Origin: Alphaproteobacteria bacterium
Lineage (GTDB): Bacteria > Pseudomonadota > Alphaproteobacteria > SMXQ01
Direction of reading: 5' to 3'
DNA: 64,000 bases
Assembly: GCA_038145705.1 (NCBI GenBank)
Contig: JAYQQF010000004.1
Location: 75,523-139,522, forward strand
Each line of letters starts with the position of its first letter. Within the stretch, counting starts at the first letter, position 1. Under the pieces are notes generated by a model that saw nothing but the letters and a program-made list of their open reading frames with translations, made no database searches and was not told the DNA's origin. A program made the position numbers and the translations under genes. Below, one piece after another: positions 1 to 9,728 of the stretch.

Positions 1-188
1 CCGAGGCCGAGGCTTTCCAGATGCGCCCGCACCAGGCCGCCGGATGCCGCGTGGTTACCCGACAGCGCGAGGCCGAAACCATCGAGGATGGACTTACGGC
101 CAAGCTCGATCACATCGGCGGGAATGTCTTCATAGCGTGTCGTGGTGATGAATTCGGCGACATGTTCGGTCAGCGACTGTTCGGCCAC
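1..188 (-). CDS. MmgE/PrpD-family protein, N-terminal fragment (gene continues beyond window start)
   Basis: Minus-strand frame reads AEQSLTEHVAEFITTTRYEDIPADVIELGRKSILDGFGLALSG, which is typical of the MmgE/PrpD N-terminus. Open to position 1 with a candidate GTG start near 188. It runs off the window edge and is not in the ORF track. Confidence 0.45.
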   Translation of the reverse strand, partial: MAEQSLTEHVAEFITTTRYEDIPADVIELGRKSILDGFGLALSGNHAASGGLVRAHLESLGL

Positions 189-336
189 GGCATGGATCTC
201 CTGCTCACAATGTTCGGGTCCGTTATGCCCAACGCCCGCCCCCAGTGCAACACTCTGCGGTCATGCGCGTGGACAGGACGGGCGAGCCGGCGCAAAATCG
301 CCCCATCCCTGCAACCGTGCCAATCCATCGCCGCCC

Positions 337-1338
337 ATGACCGCGCCCCTGCCCGAAACCATGACCGCCATAGAAATCTCGACGCCGGGCGCGCCCGATG
401 TGCTGCGCGCGGCAAAACTGCCCGTGCCCGTGCCCGGCGCGGGCGAAGTCCTGATCGCGGTGCGCGCGGCGGGCGTCAACCGCCCCGACGTCATCCAGCG
501 CAAGGGCGCCTACCCGCCGCCGCCCGGCGCCTCGCCCCTGCCGGGCCTTGAAGTCGCGGGCGAGATCGCCGCCATCGGTGCGGGCGTCACGGGGTGGAAA
601 ACCGGCGATACGGTCTGCGCCCTGCTGGCGGGCGGTGGTTACGCGCAATATGCGGCAGCCCCTGCGGGCCAGTGCCTGCCGGTACCACGCGGCCTTTCGA
701 TGACAGAGGCGGCATCGCTGCCCGAAACCTTTTTCACGGTCTGGTCGAACCTGTTCGACCGGGCGCGCCTGCAAATGGGCGAAACGCTCCTTGTGCACGG
801 CGGCACCAGCGGCATCGGCATCACCGCGATCCAGATGGCGGCGGCCTTCGGCGCCCGCGTGCTGGCGACGGCGGGATCGGCCGAAAAATGCGCGGCCTGC
901 GTTGAACTCGGGGCAGCACAGGCGATCAACTACAAGGAAACGGATTTCGTCGAAGCAGTCCGCGAGGCGACCGATGGCAAGGGGGCCGACGTCATCCTCG
1001 ACATGGTCGGCGGCGAGTATGTCGCGCGCAACCTCAAGGCCTGCGCCGCCGACGGGCGCATCGTGCAGATCGCGTTTCTCGGCGGATCAAAGGTGACCCT
1101 CGACCTGATGGCGCTGATGCGCAACCGCATCACCCTGACCGGTTCTACGCTGCGCCCGCGTGAAGTCGCGTTCAAGGCCGCCATAGCGCGGAACCTGCGC
1201 GAAAAGGTCTGGCCCCTAATCGAACAGAGGCGCATCCGCCCCGTCATCGATTCGGTCTTTCCGCTGGCAGAGGCCGCCAAGGCCCATGCCCGCATGGAAT
1301 CCTCGGCCCATATCGGCAAGATCGTGCTGGAGGCGTGA
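337..1338 (+). CDS. qor: NADPH:quinone oxidoreductase / zeta-crystallin family (MDR superfamily)
   Basis: Motifs AIEISTPGAPDVL, VRAAGVNRPDV and the GxGxxG-like LVHGGTSGIGITAIQ are characteristic of Qor. I placed the start at the internal Met (MTAPLPETMTAIE) of ORF 142..1338. Confidence 0.8.
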   Translation: MTAPLPETMTAIEISTPGAPDVLRAAKLPVPVPGAGEVLIAVRAAGVNRPDVIQRKGAYPPPPGASPLPGLEVAGEIAAIGAGVTGWKTGDTVCALLAGGGYAQYAAAPAGQCLPVPRGLSMTEAASLPETFFTVWSNLFDRARLQMGETLLVHGGTSGIGITAIQMAAAFGARVLATAGSAEKCAACVELGAAQAINYKETDFVEAVREATDGKGADVILDMVGGEYVARNLKACAADGRIVQIAFLGGSKVTLDLMALMRNRITLTGSTLRPREVAFKAAIARNLREKVWPLIEQRRIRPVIDSVFPLAEAAKAHARMESSAHIGKIVLEA

Positions 1339-1384
1339 CAGGGACGGCCGGGGCGGGTAAGTAGGAAAAAAAACGGAGAACGTC

Positions 1385-2251
1385 ATGGCGACGACGATCA
1401 GGATCGAAAACATGGATGCGGCGCTGGGCGCGCGCATCACAGGCGTCGACCTGCGGTACCCCGTCGATGCCGCGACGCGGGATGCCATCGCGAAAGCCTG
1501 GCGCGAACGCCTGATCCTCGTTTTTCCGGACCAGAGCATCGGCGACGACGAGCTGATCGCCTTCACCCGCCTGTTCGGTGATCTCGACCCGCCCGGTCCC
1601 AATCCCTACGGCGCCCCTTTCCTGCCCGAGCATCCGGAAATCAACGTCATTTCCAACGTCATGGAAAACGGCAAACCGATCGGCAACCTCGGCGCGGGCG
1701 AAGCCATCTGGCACGCGGACATGACCTATATCGACGTGCCACCGATGGGCGCAGTTCTGCTCGGTCTCGAAATTCCGAAGGGCGAAGGCAACACCTATTT
1801 CGCCAACATGTACATGGCCCACGATGAAATGCCCGCCGACCTGAAGGCCGCCATCAAGGGACGCAGCTGCGTCCATGACGCCACCTACAATTCGGCCGGG
1901 ATGATGCGCAAGGGCTACAAGGAAGTGACCGACCCGCGCGAAGCGCCAGGCGCGCGGCACCCGCTCATCATCCGTCATCCTTATACCGGGCGCGATGCGC
2001 TTTTCCTGGGTCGGCGCCGCAATGCCTATATCTCCGGCCTTGGCCTTGCCGAAAGCGAAGCGCTGCTCGATGCGCTGTGGGCGCATGCGACCCAGCCGCA
2101 ATTCGCCGTCACCCATGTGTGGAACGAGCGCGACGTCCTGATGTGGGACAACCTCGCCACCCTGCACCGGCGCGACGGCTTCACGCCGACGGCACGCCGC
2201 GTCCTGCATCGCACCCAGATCAAGGGTGCGCGCGCCCTTGAAGCGGCCTGA
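1385..2251 (+). CDS. TauD/TfdA-family Fe(II)/2-oxoglutarate-dependent dioxygenase
   Basis: Carries IWHADMTY, HDATYNSAG and a C-terminal WDNLATLHRR, the family signature. GGAGAA ribosome-binding site upstream. Confidence 0.8.
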   Translation: MATTIRIENMDAALGARITGVDLRYPVDAATRDAIAKAWRERLILVFPDQSIGDDELIAFTRLFGDLDPPGPNPYGAPFLPEHPEINVISNVMENGKPIGNLGAGEAIWHADMTYIDVPPMGAVLLGLEIPKGEGNTYFANMYMAHDEMPADLKAAIKGRSCVHDATYNSAGMMRKGYKEVTDPREAPGARHPLIIRHPYTGRDALFLGRRRNAYISGLGLAESEALLDALWAHATQPQFAVTHVWNERDVLMWDNLATLHRRDGFTPTARRVLHRTQIKGARALEAA

Positions 2252-2255
2252 TCCC

Positions 2256-3356
2256 ATGCGCATCCGATCGCTGACCCTGCACCTGCTCAAGCTGCCCCTG
2301 AGCGAGCCCTATCACGTGTCCTACCGTGTCTATGAAGACTTCGACCCCATCATGGTCGAGGTTGAGGACGCGGACGGCCGCATCAGCTGGGGCGAAGGGC
2401 ACATTTCGCCGGGCTATTCCGATGAAACCGTCGAAGGCGGCTTCGCTTTCTGCCAGGACCTCGCCGCCCGCATGGCGGGCATGGACACGAAAGACGCCAA
2501 GGCGCTCGCCCAGTCGCGCAAGGCGGAAAGCCCGGTTGCGGCGAGCGGCCTCATCTGCGCGATCGAGGCGCTGGAGGACAATCCCCTCCTGCACCTGCGC
2601 GAGGACGTGACGCTGCCGCTGCTGACGCCTTTCCATGCGACGAAGCCCGCCGACATTCCCGAAGAAGTCGAACGGCGCCTGAAGGAAGGCTTCCGGACCC
2701 TGAAGGTGAAGGTCGGCAAGGACTGGGAAAACGACCTGATACGCGTGGCGCAGGTGCGCGACGCGGCGGCGGGGCGCGCCATCATCCGGCTCGACGCCAA
2801 CCGCGGGTTTTCCCGCGAAGACGGCGTGCGCTTCGCCGAAGGGCTGGACCCGACCGGGATCGAGCTGTTCGAGCAGCCCTGCGCCTCGAAGGACTGGGAA
2901 GCCAATGCCGCCGTTACCGCAGTCTCGAAAGTCCCGGTCATGCTCGACGAATCGATCTATGGCCTTCCCGACATCGAACGCGCCGGGAAAATTCAGGGCA
3001 TCGGATTCGTCAAGCTCAAGATCAAGAAGATGGGCGGGCTCGACGACCTGCGCGCAGGACTCGCCCGCATTCGCGCGCTCGGCATGGAACCGGTACTGGG
3101 CGACGGCGTCGCCGCCGACATCGGCTGCTGGATGGAGGCCTGCGTGGCGCGGCTCGGCACCAAGGGCGGCATCACCAACGCGGGCGAGTTCAACGGGTTT
3201 CTAAAAACCAGGGCGACGCTGCTCGAAAACCCGATGACGTTCACCCAAGGTGCCATGCGCCTGCCCGCGGGTTACTTTCCCCGCATCGACCGCGCGGCGC
3301 TGGAAGCGCACCGGCGCGATGTATGGCAGGCGATTGCCCCGCGCCAGAGCGCCTAG
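2256..3356 (+). CDS. enolase-superfamily enzyme (mandelate racemase/muconate lactonizing enzyme-like; dipeptide-epimerase-like)
   Basis: KVKVGKDWENDLIRV..IRLDANRGF..ELFEQPC..MLDESIY..KLKIKKMGG match the metal-ligand and barrel motifs of the MR/MLE subgroup. Starts 4 nt after the TauD-like stop. Confidence 0.75.
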   Translation: MRIRSLTLHLLKLPLSEPYHVSYRVYEDFDPIMVEVEDADGRISWGEGHISPGYSDETVEGGFAFCQDLAARMAGMDTKDAKALAQSRKAESPVAASGLICAIEALEDNPLLHLREDVTLPLLTPFHATKPADIPEEVERRLKEGFRTLKVKVGKDWENDLIRVAQVRDAAAGRAIIRLDANRGFSREDGVRFAEGLDPTGIELFEQPCASKDWEANAAVTAVSKVPVMLDESIYGLPDIERAGKIQGIGFVKLKIKKMGGLDDLRAGLARIRALGMEPVLGDGVAADIGCWMEACVARLGTKGGITNAGEFNGFLKTRATLLENPMTFTQGAMRLPAGYFPRIDRAALEAHRRDVWQAIAPRQSA

Positions 3357-4972
3357 GCGTTCGCCGAAAAGTCGATCACGTCGAAGCGCGCATCGCCGTC
3401 GCGCTCGATCTGTTCGATCAGGCCCTTTTCCCACGACAGGTAACGATGCATCGCCTCTTCCTGGCCGCTGGCGCGCTCGTAAGGACGCCAGAAGGCCTCG
3501 TCCTCGAGCTCGTCCAGAGGATCGCCGCGCCCGGTTTCCCACGGCAACTTTTCGCGGCGCCACGCGGCATTGCCGCCCGCCAGGACCTTGACGTTGCGGC
3601 CCAACGCCGCAACTTCCGGCGCGGCGAGGCGGGCAAGCGTTCCGTCCTCGCAGGTCAGCACGATGTCGCCCGGGGCCAGGCGCGAAAGACTTTCGGCAAA
3701 GCGCGAGCGGATGGCGAAACGCGCGCCCGGAATGTGGCCGCGCGCATAGGTCAGGCTGCGCGAAAGATCCAGCAGATGCACGCGGCCGCGCCCACGCATC
3801 TGGCTGACCGCCAGCATGCGCGGCGCCACGCTTTCGCAAGCGGCGCCGTCAAGACCCGCGACCTCGCCGCGGTCGGGGCCCGATGCCGTCGGGCCCGCCG
3901 AAACGCCGCCCGCCAGCACCGAGGCATCCCACCCCATCTGGCAGAGCCAGGCGGCGGCAAGGCGTGCGCGCACCCCGTCGTCGTCCACCACCACGACACG
4001 CGCGCCGAGGGTCGCCATGAACGCATCGGTCTTTTGCGTCAGCTGCACGCCGATGGCATGTCGGCTGCCGGCAAGGTGGCCCGCCTCGTATTCCTCGGGC
4101 AGGCGCACGTCGAAAACGTAGGTCGTGCGGCCAGCGTCGGCGCGCCAGCGTTCCAGTTCGGCGAAATCCACTTCGCGCACGCCCGCGCGTTCGGCGATCC
4201 GCGCAGCGCGGCCCTTTGCAATCTGCAAGGCCTCGGGCGACGGCGCGGGGGCCAGGCGCGACTGGTTGCGTTCCAGTTCATACCCCGCGAGGTGCCAGCC
4301 CATGGTCCCGTCCTCCAGCGCCACGACGCGGTTGGGCAGGCCCGCGTTGATCAGCGACTGGGCGCCGAGGATCGAGCGCGTGCGCCCGGCACAGTTGACC
4401 ACCACCGTGCGACCGGCATCGGGGGCAAGATCGTGGACGCGATAGACCAGTTCCGATACCGGGCAGTCGAGGGCGCCCGGAATGTTCATCATGCGAAACT
4501 CGTCCATCGGCCGCGAGTCGAGCACGACGAGATCGTCGCCCCGGTCCATCATGATGCGCAACTGGTGCGCGGTGACGTGCGGCGTAACGAGACGCAGTTC
4601 GACCAGTTCGCCGAAGGCCTTGGACGGCACGTTCATGCCGCCGAAGACCTCGAACCCGGCATCGCGCCATCCCGCCATGCCGTTTTCCAGTACGGCGACG
4701 TCTCTCCAGCCGAGAGCCGCAAGGCGCGCGCCCGCGCGTTCGGCCAGGTCCTCGCCCGCTCCGCCGTCCATGACGACGACCGTCACATCGCGCCTCGGCA
4801 CCAGCGACGGCGCCAGCAGTTCGAGCCGGCTGAGCGGGCAGGTCGAGGCGAAGAGCAGGTGACCCTCGGCATAGACCCCTTCCTCGCGCACATCGAGGAT
4901 GGCGAGTTCCCGCCCGGAAGCCACGGCGGCGATACAGTCCTTGAGGTCTGATGCGGAAATTTTATGTCTCAT
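3353..4972 (-). CDS. multi-domain rhodanese (four tandem rhodanese/sulfurtransferase domains)
   Basis: Four repeats of a rhodanese-like module (ILDVREEG..EGHL, VVLDSRP..G, VFDVRLPEEYEAGHLAGS, LLDLSRSL..GHIPGA), some with CxGRxRS-type active-site loops. Start taken at internal Met MRHKISASDL. Confidence 0.75.
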   Translation of the reverse strand: MRHKISASDLKDCIAAVASGRELAILDVREEGVYAEGHLLFASTCPLSRLELLAPSLVPRRDVTVVVMDGGAGEDLAERAGARLAALGWRDVAVLENGMAGWRDAGFEVFGGMNVPSKAFGELVELRLVTPHVTAHQLRIMMDRGDDLVVLDSRPMDEFRMMNIPGALDCPVSELVYRVHDLAPDAGRTVVVNCAGRTRSILGAQSLINAGLPNRVVALEDGTMGWHLAGYELERNQSRLAPAPSPEALQIAKGRAARIAERAGVREVDFAELERWRADAGRTTYVFDVRLPEEYEAGHLAGSRHAIGVQLTQKTDAFMATLGARVVVVDDDGVRARLAAAWLCQMGWDASVLAGGVSAGPTASGPDRGEVAGLDGAACESVAPRMLAVSQMRGRGRVHLLDLSRSLTYARGHIPGARFAIRSRFAESLSRLAPGDIVLTCEDGTLARLAAPEVAALGRNVKVLAGGNAAWRREKLPWETGRGDPLDELEDEAFWRPYERASGQEEAMHRYLSWEKGLIEQIERDGDARFDVIDFSANA

Positions 4973-5169
4973 ATCGAAATCTGCTGTGGAAAACCTTGGT
5001 TTTTCAAGCCCCCGGCAAGATTGACGGGTTGACGGCCCCCGGCCTGGCCCCTTAGCTTTTGTCCGACAGGCATACAAGGGACCTTCCGGCGCATACAAAT
5101 ATCATTAAAGCCGGTACGGCAAGCCCTGCTCGGTCACCGCGTTCAAATTTTCGCAAACGGGAGGCACCT

Positions 5170-6207
5170 ATGCGAATCCACTCCACCACAGTCACCACGA
5201 CGGCCGCCCGCCTTGGCGTGGCGACCGGCCTTGCCGCCGCCTTCGCGATCGGCGCCTATGCGGGGTCCGCCATTGCCGCGGAAAAGTTCCCGACCAAGGA
5301 AATCCAGATCATCAGCCATGCCGCGCCCGGCGGCGGCACCGACGTCACTGCGCGCATGATGATGATCCGCTCGCGACGCGAACTGGCGAAGGGCAACCCC
5401 GAATACAAGGACACCGGCGCCGTCATCAACGTCGTCTACAAGCGCGGCGGTTCTGGCAAGGTCGCTCATGAATACCTGATGTCGCGCCCGGCCGACGGCC
5501 ACACCCTGATCGCGCTGACCCAGACACACTTCTACACGATCGCTCTCGGCAAGTCGCCGCTGAAGGGCCCGGAACTGGTCGGCGTGGCGCGCGCCATGGA
5601 CGATCCGACCTTCATCGTCGTCGGCAAGAACAGCAAGTACAAGACGATCGAGGAACTGATCGCCGCCTCCAAGGACAAGCCGCTGAACTGGGGCGTGTCG
5701 CAGATCGGCGGCACCGAACACGTCGGCCTTGCACGTTTCGCCAAGGCGGCAGGCATCAAGTTCAAGGTCGTGCCCTTCGGCTCCGGCGGCAAGATGGTGC
5801 AGGCGCTGCTGTCTAACGCCATCGACGCGACCCTGCCGAACGTTTCGGAAGCCGGCGGCCAGATCGAGGACGGCACGGTTCGCCCGCTGCTGCTGCTCGA
5901 CAAGGCGCGGCTGCCTGCCTACAAGAACGTCCCGACCAGCCATGAAAAGGGCTGGGCGCTGACGGTCACCACCACCCGCGGCTACGCGGTCAAGGCCGGC
6001 ACGCCGCCGGAAGTGATCAAGGCGCTGGAAAAAGGCATCCTGTCCGCGATGAAGCACGATGTCTTCGCGGGCTACCTGCGCTCCTCGGGCCTCGATCCGA
6101 AGACCAGCCCGGCCGGCTCCAAGGTCTGGACCGACCAGATCCAGGAAGAGATCAAGATCGCCCGCGAAGCGCTGGGCGAGCTCGGCCTTCTCAAGAAGAA
6201 GAAATAA
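5170..6207 (+). CDS. tctC: tripartite tricarboxylate transporter substrate-binding protein TctC (Bug family), with C-terminal KKKK
   Basis: Signal peptide followed by ISHAAPGGGTDVTARMM (the TctC signature). It precedes tctB/tctA, has a GGGAGG ribosome-binding site, and ends in LLKKKK. Confidence 0.8.
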   Translation: MRIHSTTVTTTAARLGVATGLAAAFAIGAYAGSAIAAEKFPTKEIQIISHAAPGGGTDVTARMMMIRSRRELAKGNPEYKDTGAVINVVYKRGGSGKVAHEYLMSRPADGHTLIALTQTHFYTIALGKSPLKGPELVGVARAMDDPTFIVVGKNSKYKTIEELIAASKDKPLNWGVSQIGGTEHVGLARFAKAAGIKFKVVPFGSGGKMVQALLSNAIDATLPNVSEAGGQIEDGTVRPLLLLDKARLPAYKNVPTSHEKGWALTVTTTRGYAVKAGTPPEVIKALEKGILSAMKHDVFAGYLRSSGLDPKTSPAGSKVWTDQIQEEIKIAREALGELGLLKKKK

Positions 6208-6228
6208 CGGAAGCCGGAGTATATTTCC

Positions 6229-6765
6229 GTGACCACCGGCAACGCCGGATCGACGGGTACGAAGGGCGCGCGCAAGAGCGCGCCCTTCGTTCACCGCACC
6301 GATCTCTGGATTACCATCATCATTCTCGTCGCCTGCGCGGCTCTCTGGTACGAGACCACGCGCTGGGACACCGTCGCCGCACAGCTGAGCCAGAATGTCC
6401 CGCCGACGTTCTTTCCGCGCATCATTCTGGGCTGCATCATGGCGATGTCGCTTTACCTGCCCTTTGAAAACTTCTTCAAGAAGAAGAAGGGCGCGGACCT
6501 CGATGAAGAACGGAGCAACAAGGTCGTTTCGATCACCTTCATCACGGCATTGGCGCTCGTTCTCATCGTCAGCCTGTTCGAATGGCTGGGCACCGACCTG
6601 AGCATGGTTCTCGCCTGCCTGCTGCTGCCGATCCTTTGGAACGAGCGGCGCCTCTGGGTGATCCTGCCCTTCGCCATCCTGTTCCCCCTCACCGTGCGGC
6701 TGATCTTCGTCAACGGCCTCAAGGTTCATTTCCTCCCCGGGCTCCTGGCCCCGATACTGGGATAG
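6229..6765 (+). CDS. tctB: TctB small membrane subunit of tripartite tricarboxylate transporter
   Basis: About 178 aa with 4 predicted TM helices, sitting between tctC and tctA. GTG start. Confidence 0.65.
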   Translation: MTTGNAGSTGTKGARKSAPFVHRTDLWITIIILVACAALWYETTRWDTVAAQLSQNVPPTFFPRIILGCIMAMSLYLPFENFFKKKKGADLDEERSNKVVSITFITALALVLIVSLFEWLGTDLSMVLACLLLPILWNERRLWVILPFAILFPLTVRLIFVNGLKVHFLPGLLAPILG

Positions 6766-6774
6766 CATCAGACC

Positions 6775-8286
6775 ATGGAACCGATTCTCGAGGGCATCGG
6801 CCTCATCCTCGTGCCCTACCATTTCTTCCTGATCCTGGTGGGCGTGCTGCTCGGCGTGCTCGTCGGCGCGCTGCCCGGCCTGTCGTCGACCATGGCCGTC
6901 GCCCTGCTGCTGCCGTTCACGCTGCAACTGCCGCCAATCCCGGCCATCGCCATGATGGCGGCGCTCTATTGCGCGGGCACCTTCGGCGGCTCGATCACCG
7001 CCATCCTGATCAACACCCCGGGCGCGCCGCCCGCGGTGGCGACGGCGCTCGACGGCTATCCGCTCGCCCAGAAGGGCGAGGCCGGACGCGCGCTCGGCAT
7101 CGCCGCGGTGTCGTCGGTCGTCGGCGGCATGTTCTCGCTGGTGGTGTTCATCCTGGCGGCACCGCTGCTCGCCAAGGTCGCGCTGTCGTTCCGCCCGCCC
7201 GAGTATTTCGCCCTGTCGCTGTTCGGCCTGTCGATGCTGGCCTCCATTTCCGGCAAGTCGTCGCTCAGGAACCTGATCGCCGGCGCCTTCGGCGTGCTGG
7301 TCTCGACCATCGGCGTGCACCTGACCACCGGCGTCGAGCGCTTCGTGTTCGGCGTGTCCGAATTCGTCGAAGGCATCAGCTTCGTGCCCGTGCTCATCGG
7401 TCTGTTCGCCATGGGCGAGCTGCTCAACCAGTCGCAGCGGCTCAACGAACATGTCGAGCGCATCAAGTCGGTCGCCATCAAGCTGCCGAGCTGGGCCGAG
7501 ATCGTGAAGCTGCGCTGGGTCATGCTGCGCTCGTCCATCATCGGCACCTTCATCGGCATTCTGCCCGCCGAAGGCTCCACCGTCGCCGCCATCATCGGCT
7601 ACAACGAGGCCAAGCGCTGGTCCAAGAACAAGTCGGAATTCGGCAAGGGCGCCATCGAAGGCATCGCCGGTCCGGAAGCCGCCAACAACGCCGCCACCGG
7701 CGGCGCCATGGTGCCGACACTGGCGCTCGGCATTCCGGGCTCGGGCACCACGGCGATCATCCTCGCCGCGCTGATGGTGCACGGCTTCCGTCCGGGCCCC
7801 TACCTGGTGCAGAACACGCCGCATTTCGTCTACGCGATCTTCACGGCGATGTTCCTCGCCAACATCCTGTTCCTGGTGATCGGCCTGCCGGGCGCCAAGC
7901 TGTTCGCGCGCATCACGCTGGTCAAGCGCCAGCTTTTGTGGCCCGCGGTGTTCGTGTTCTCGATGATCGGCGCCTACGCCTATCATCAGTCGGTGTTCGA
8001 CGTCTGGGTGATGCTGATCGCGGGCCTGCTCGGTTTCGTCATGCTGCGCCACGGCTTCGGCCCGGCGCCCTTCGTCATGGGACTGATCCTTGGCCGCCTC
8101 GTCGAGGAATTCTGGTCCCAGTCGATGATCATCTTCGACAACAACTGGTTCCGTTTCTTCGAAAGCTGGATCGTCGACCTGTTCCTGTTCTTCACCCTGC
8201 TCGGCTTCTTCGGACCGCTGATCTTCAAGGGCATCAACAGGATGGTCAGCCGCATGAAACCCGAAGGCCGCGTGCTGGAAGACTGA
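6775..8286 (+). CDS. tctA: TctA large membrane subunit of tripartite tricarboxylate transporter
   Basis: About 500-aa polytopic membrane protein with GAPPAVATALDGYPL and LALGIPGSGTTAIIL, both characteristic of TctA. Confidence 0.85.
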   Translation: MEPILEGIGLILVPYHFFLILVGVLLGVLVGALPGLSSTMAVALLLPFTLQLPPIPAIAMMAALYCAGTFGGSITAILINTPGAPPAVATALDGYPLAQKGEAGRALGIAAVSSVVGGMFSLVVFILAAPLLAKVALSFRPPEYFALSLFGLSMLASISGKSSLRNLIAGAFGVLVSTIGVHLTTGVERFVFGVSEFVEGISFVPVLIGLFAMGELLNQSQRLNEHVERIKSVAIKLPSWAEIVKLRWVMLRSSIIGTFIGILPAEGSTVAAIIGYNEAKRWSKNKSEFGKGAIEGIAGPEAANNAATGGAMVPTLALGIPGSGTTAIILAALMVHGFRPGPYLVQNTPHFVYAIFTAMFLANILFLVIGLPGAKLFARITLVKRQLLWPAVFVFSMIGAYAYHQSVFDVWVMLIAGLLGFVMLRHGFGPAPFVMGLILGRLVEEFWSQSMIIFDNNWFRFFESWIVDLFLFFTLLGFFGPLIFKGINRMVSRMKPEGRVLED

Positions 8287-9650
8287 TGGCGGGCGCGGCT
8301 TCGGTTGGGGCGGTTTCCCCGCAGACGGCGGCGCTCGCCGCCCACATGGCGGGGGCGGCGAAGGCGGCGCTTCCCGCCGGTGTCGCGGCCAAGACGCGGC
8401 TGCATATCCTCGACAGCCTTGCGGCGATGATCTCGGGCGCGCGCCTCAAGCCGGGTGAAATGGCGCTCGCGTTTGTTGCCGCCGAAGGAGCGCGGGCGGA
8501 GGTGCTTCTGCCCGGCACCGGGATCGAGACATCGGCGCGCCTCGCCGCACTCGCGGGCGGCATGATGGCGCACGCGGATGAAACCGACGATTCACACCCG
8601 ACCGCCTTCTTCCACCCCGGCTGCGCCATCGTGCCCGCCGCCTGGGCGATGGCGGAACGGGGCGGCGCGTCGGGCCGCGCTGTCGTCAATGCCGTGGCGC
8701 TCGGCTACGACGTGGGCGCGCGCATCAACCTGGCACTCGGCGTCGAGCGCTTCTACGGCAAGCAGGGCTTTTCGACCCACAGCTTCGGCGCCAAGTTCGG
8801 CGCGGCGGCAGCGGCCGGATCGCTCGCGGGACTGAACGCGGACCAGTGCCGCTGGCTCTTGTCTTACACGGCGCAGATGGCGTCGGGCCTCGGCTCATGG
8901 GCGCGCGATTCGGAACACGTGGAAAAGGCCTTCGACTTCGGCGGCATGGGCGCCGAGCACGGCGTTGCCGCGGCGCAGATGGTGGCCTCGGGCATGACCG
9001 GTGTGGAAGACGTCTTCACCGGCGAGCGCGGCTTCTTCCAGGCCTATGGCGGCAATCTCGACGAGATCGCGCGCGAGCTCGGCGCGACATACGAGATCAT
9101 GAACGCCAACATCAAGAAATGGACCGTGGGCTCCCCCTGCCAGGCGCTGCTCGATTCGCTCCAGCACCTGATGGCGGTTAACAACCTCGCGCCCGACGAC
9201 GTCGGCGCGGTCACCGCCCGCGTCCCGGCGGTCGAGGCCCATATCGTCGACGACCGCACGATGCCCGATATCTGCCTTCAGCACCTGATGGCGGTCCTGA
9301 TGATCGACGGCACGCTGACCTTCGCCTCGACCCACGATTACGAACGCATGAAGGATGCGCGCGTGCGCGCCTTGCGCCGGCGCATCAGGATGGTGGCCGA
9401 TCCCTCCCTGCCGCGGCGCGCCGGGGTGATCGAGCTGGAAAGCCCCAAGGCGGGCAAGCTCGCCCACGAAACCGTGCACGTGCGCGGCACCGCCCAGAAC
9501 CCGATGACCGAGGACGAAGTCGCCGCCAAGGCCCGCGACCTGATCGCCCCCATCCTCGGGGCAGACCGCACGGAAGCCCTGATCGGCAGGGTTCTGGCGC
9601 TCGAATCGGTGGCCGACCTGCGCGATCTGCGCTCCCTCACCCGCGCCTGA
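8286..9650 (+). CDS. MmgE/PrpD-family protein (2-methylcitrate dehydratase / cis-aconitate decarboxylase-like)
   Basis: Carries HADETDDSH and an MmgE/PrpD fold-like sequence. The ATG overlaps the tctA stop (TGATG). The long ORF-track entry 6582..9650 is a frame read-through; the true start is at 8286. Confidence 0.8.
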   Translation: MAGAASVGAVSPQTAALAAHMAGAAKAALPAGVAAKTRLHILDSLAAMISGARLKPGEMALAFVAAEGARAEVLLPGTGIETSARLAALAGGMMAHADETDDSHPTAFFHPGCAIVPAAWAMAERGGASGRAVVNAVALGYDVGARINLALGVERFYGKQGFSTHSFGAKFGAAAAAGSLAGLNADQCRWLLSYTAQMASGLGSWARDSEHVEKAFDFGGMGAEHGVAAAQMVASGMTGVEDVFTGERGFFQAYGGNLDEIARELGATYEIMNANIKKWTVGSPCQALLDSLQHLMAVNNLAPDDVGAVTARVPAVEAHIVDDRTMPDICLQHLMAVLMIDGTLTFASTHDYERMKDARVRALRRRIRMVADPSLPRRAGVIELESPKAGKLAHETVHVRGTAQNPMTEDEVAAKARDLIAPILGADRTEALIGRVLALESVADLRDLRSLTRA

Positions 9651-9728
9651 TCGAAGGCCCGGCCCGTGCTATAGTCGCGGGCAAAAGACGGCCCCGATAA
9701 TCACCGCCCGCAGGGGAAGGAATTCACG

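Noticed and set aside
21-551. 176-aa plus-strand ORF at the window start
   Set aside because: Overlaps the minus-strand PrpD-like N-terminus and the qor promoter/start. Arg/Ala-rich with no family resemblance.
3323-4951. 542-aa plus-strand ORF opposite the four-domain rhodanese
   Set aside because: Antisense. The rhodanese frame has four recognisable active-site modules; this frame has none.
5143-8052. 969-aa minus-strand ORF spanning tctC-tctB-tctA
   Set aside because: It is antisense to three well-supported transporter genes. The translation is a low-complexity Arg/Gly/Asp/His-rich read-through typical of high-GC antisense frames, with no start context.
6582-9650. 1022-aa plus-strand ORF presented as a single protein
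   Set aside because: It is an out-of-frame read-through across tctA that runs into the real MmgE/PrpD gene. Only the part from 8286 has a recognisable protein sequence and start, so I trimmed the call to 8286..9650.
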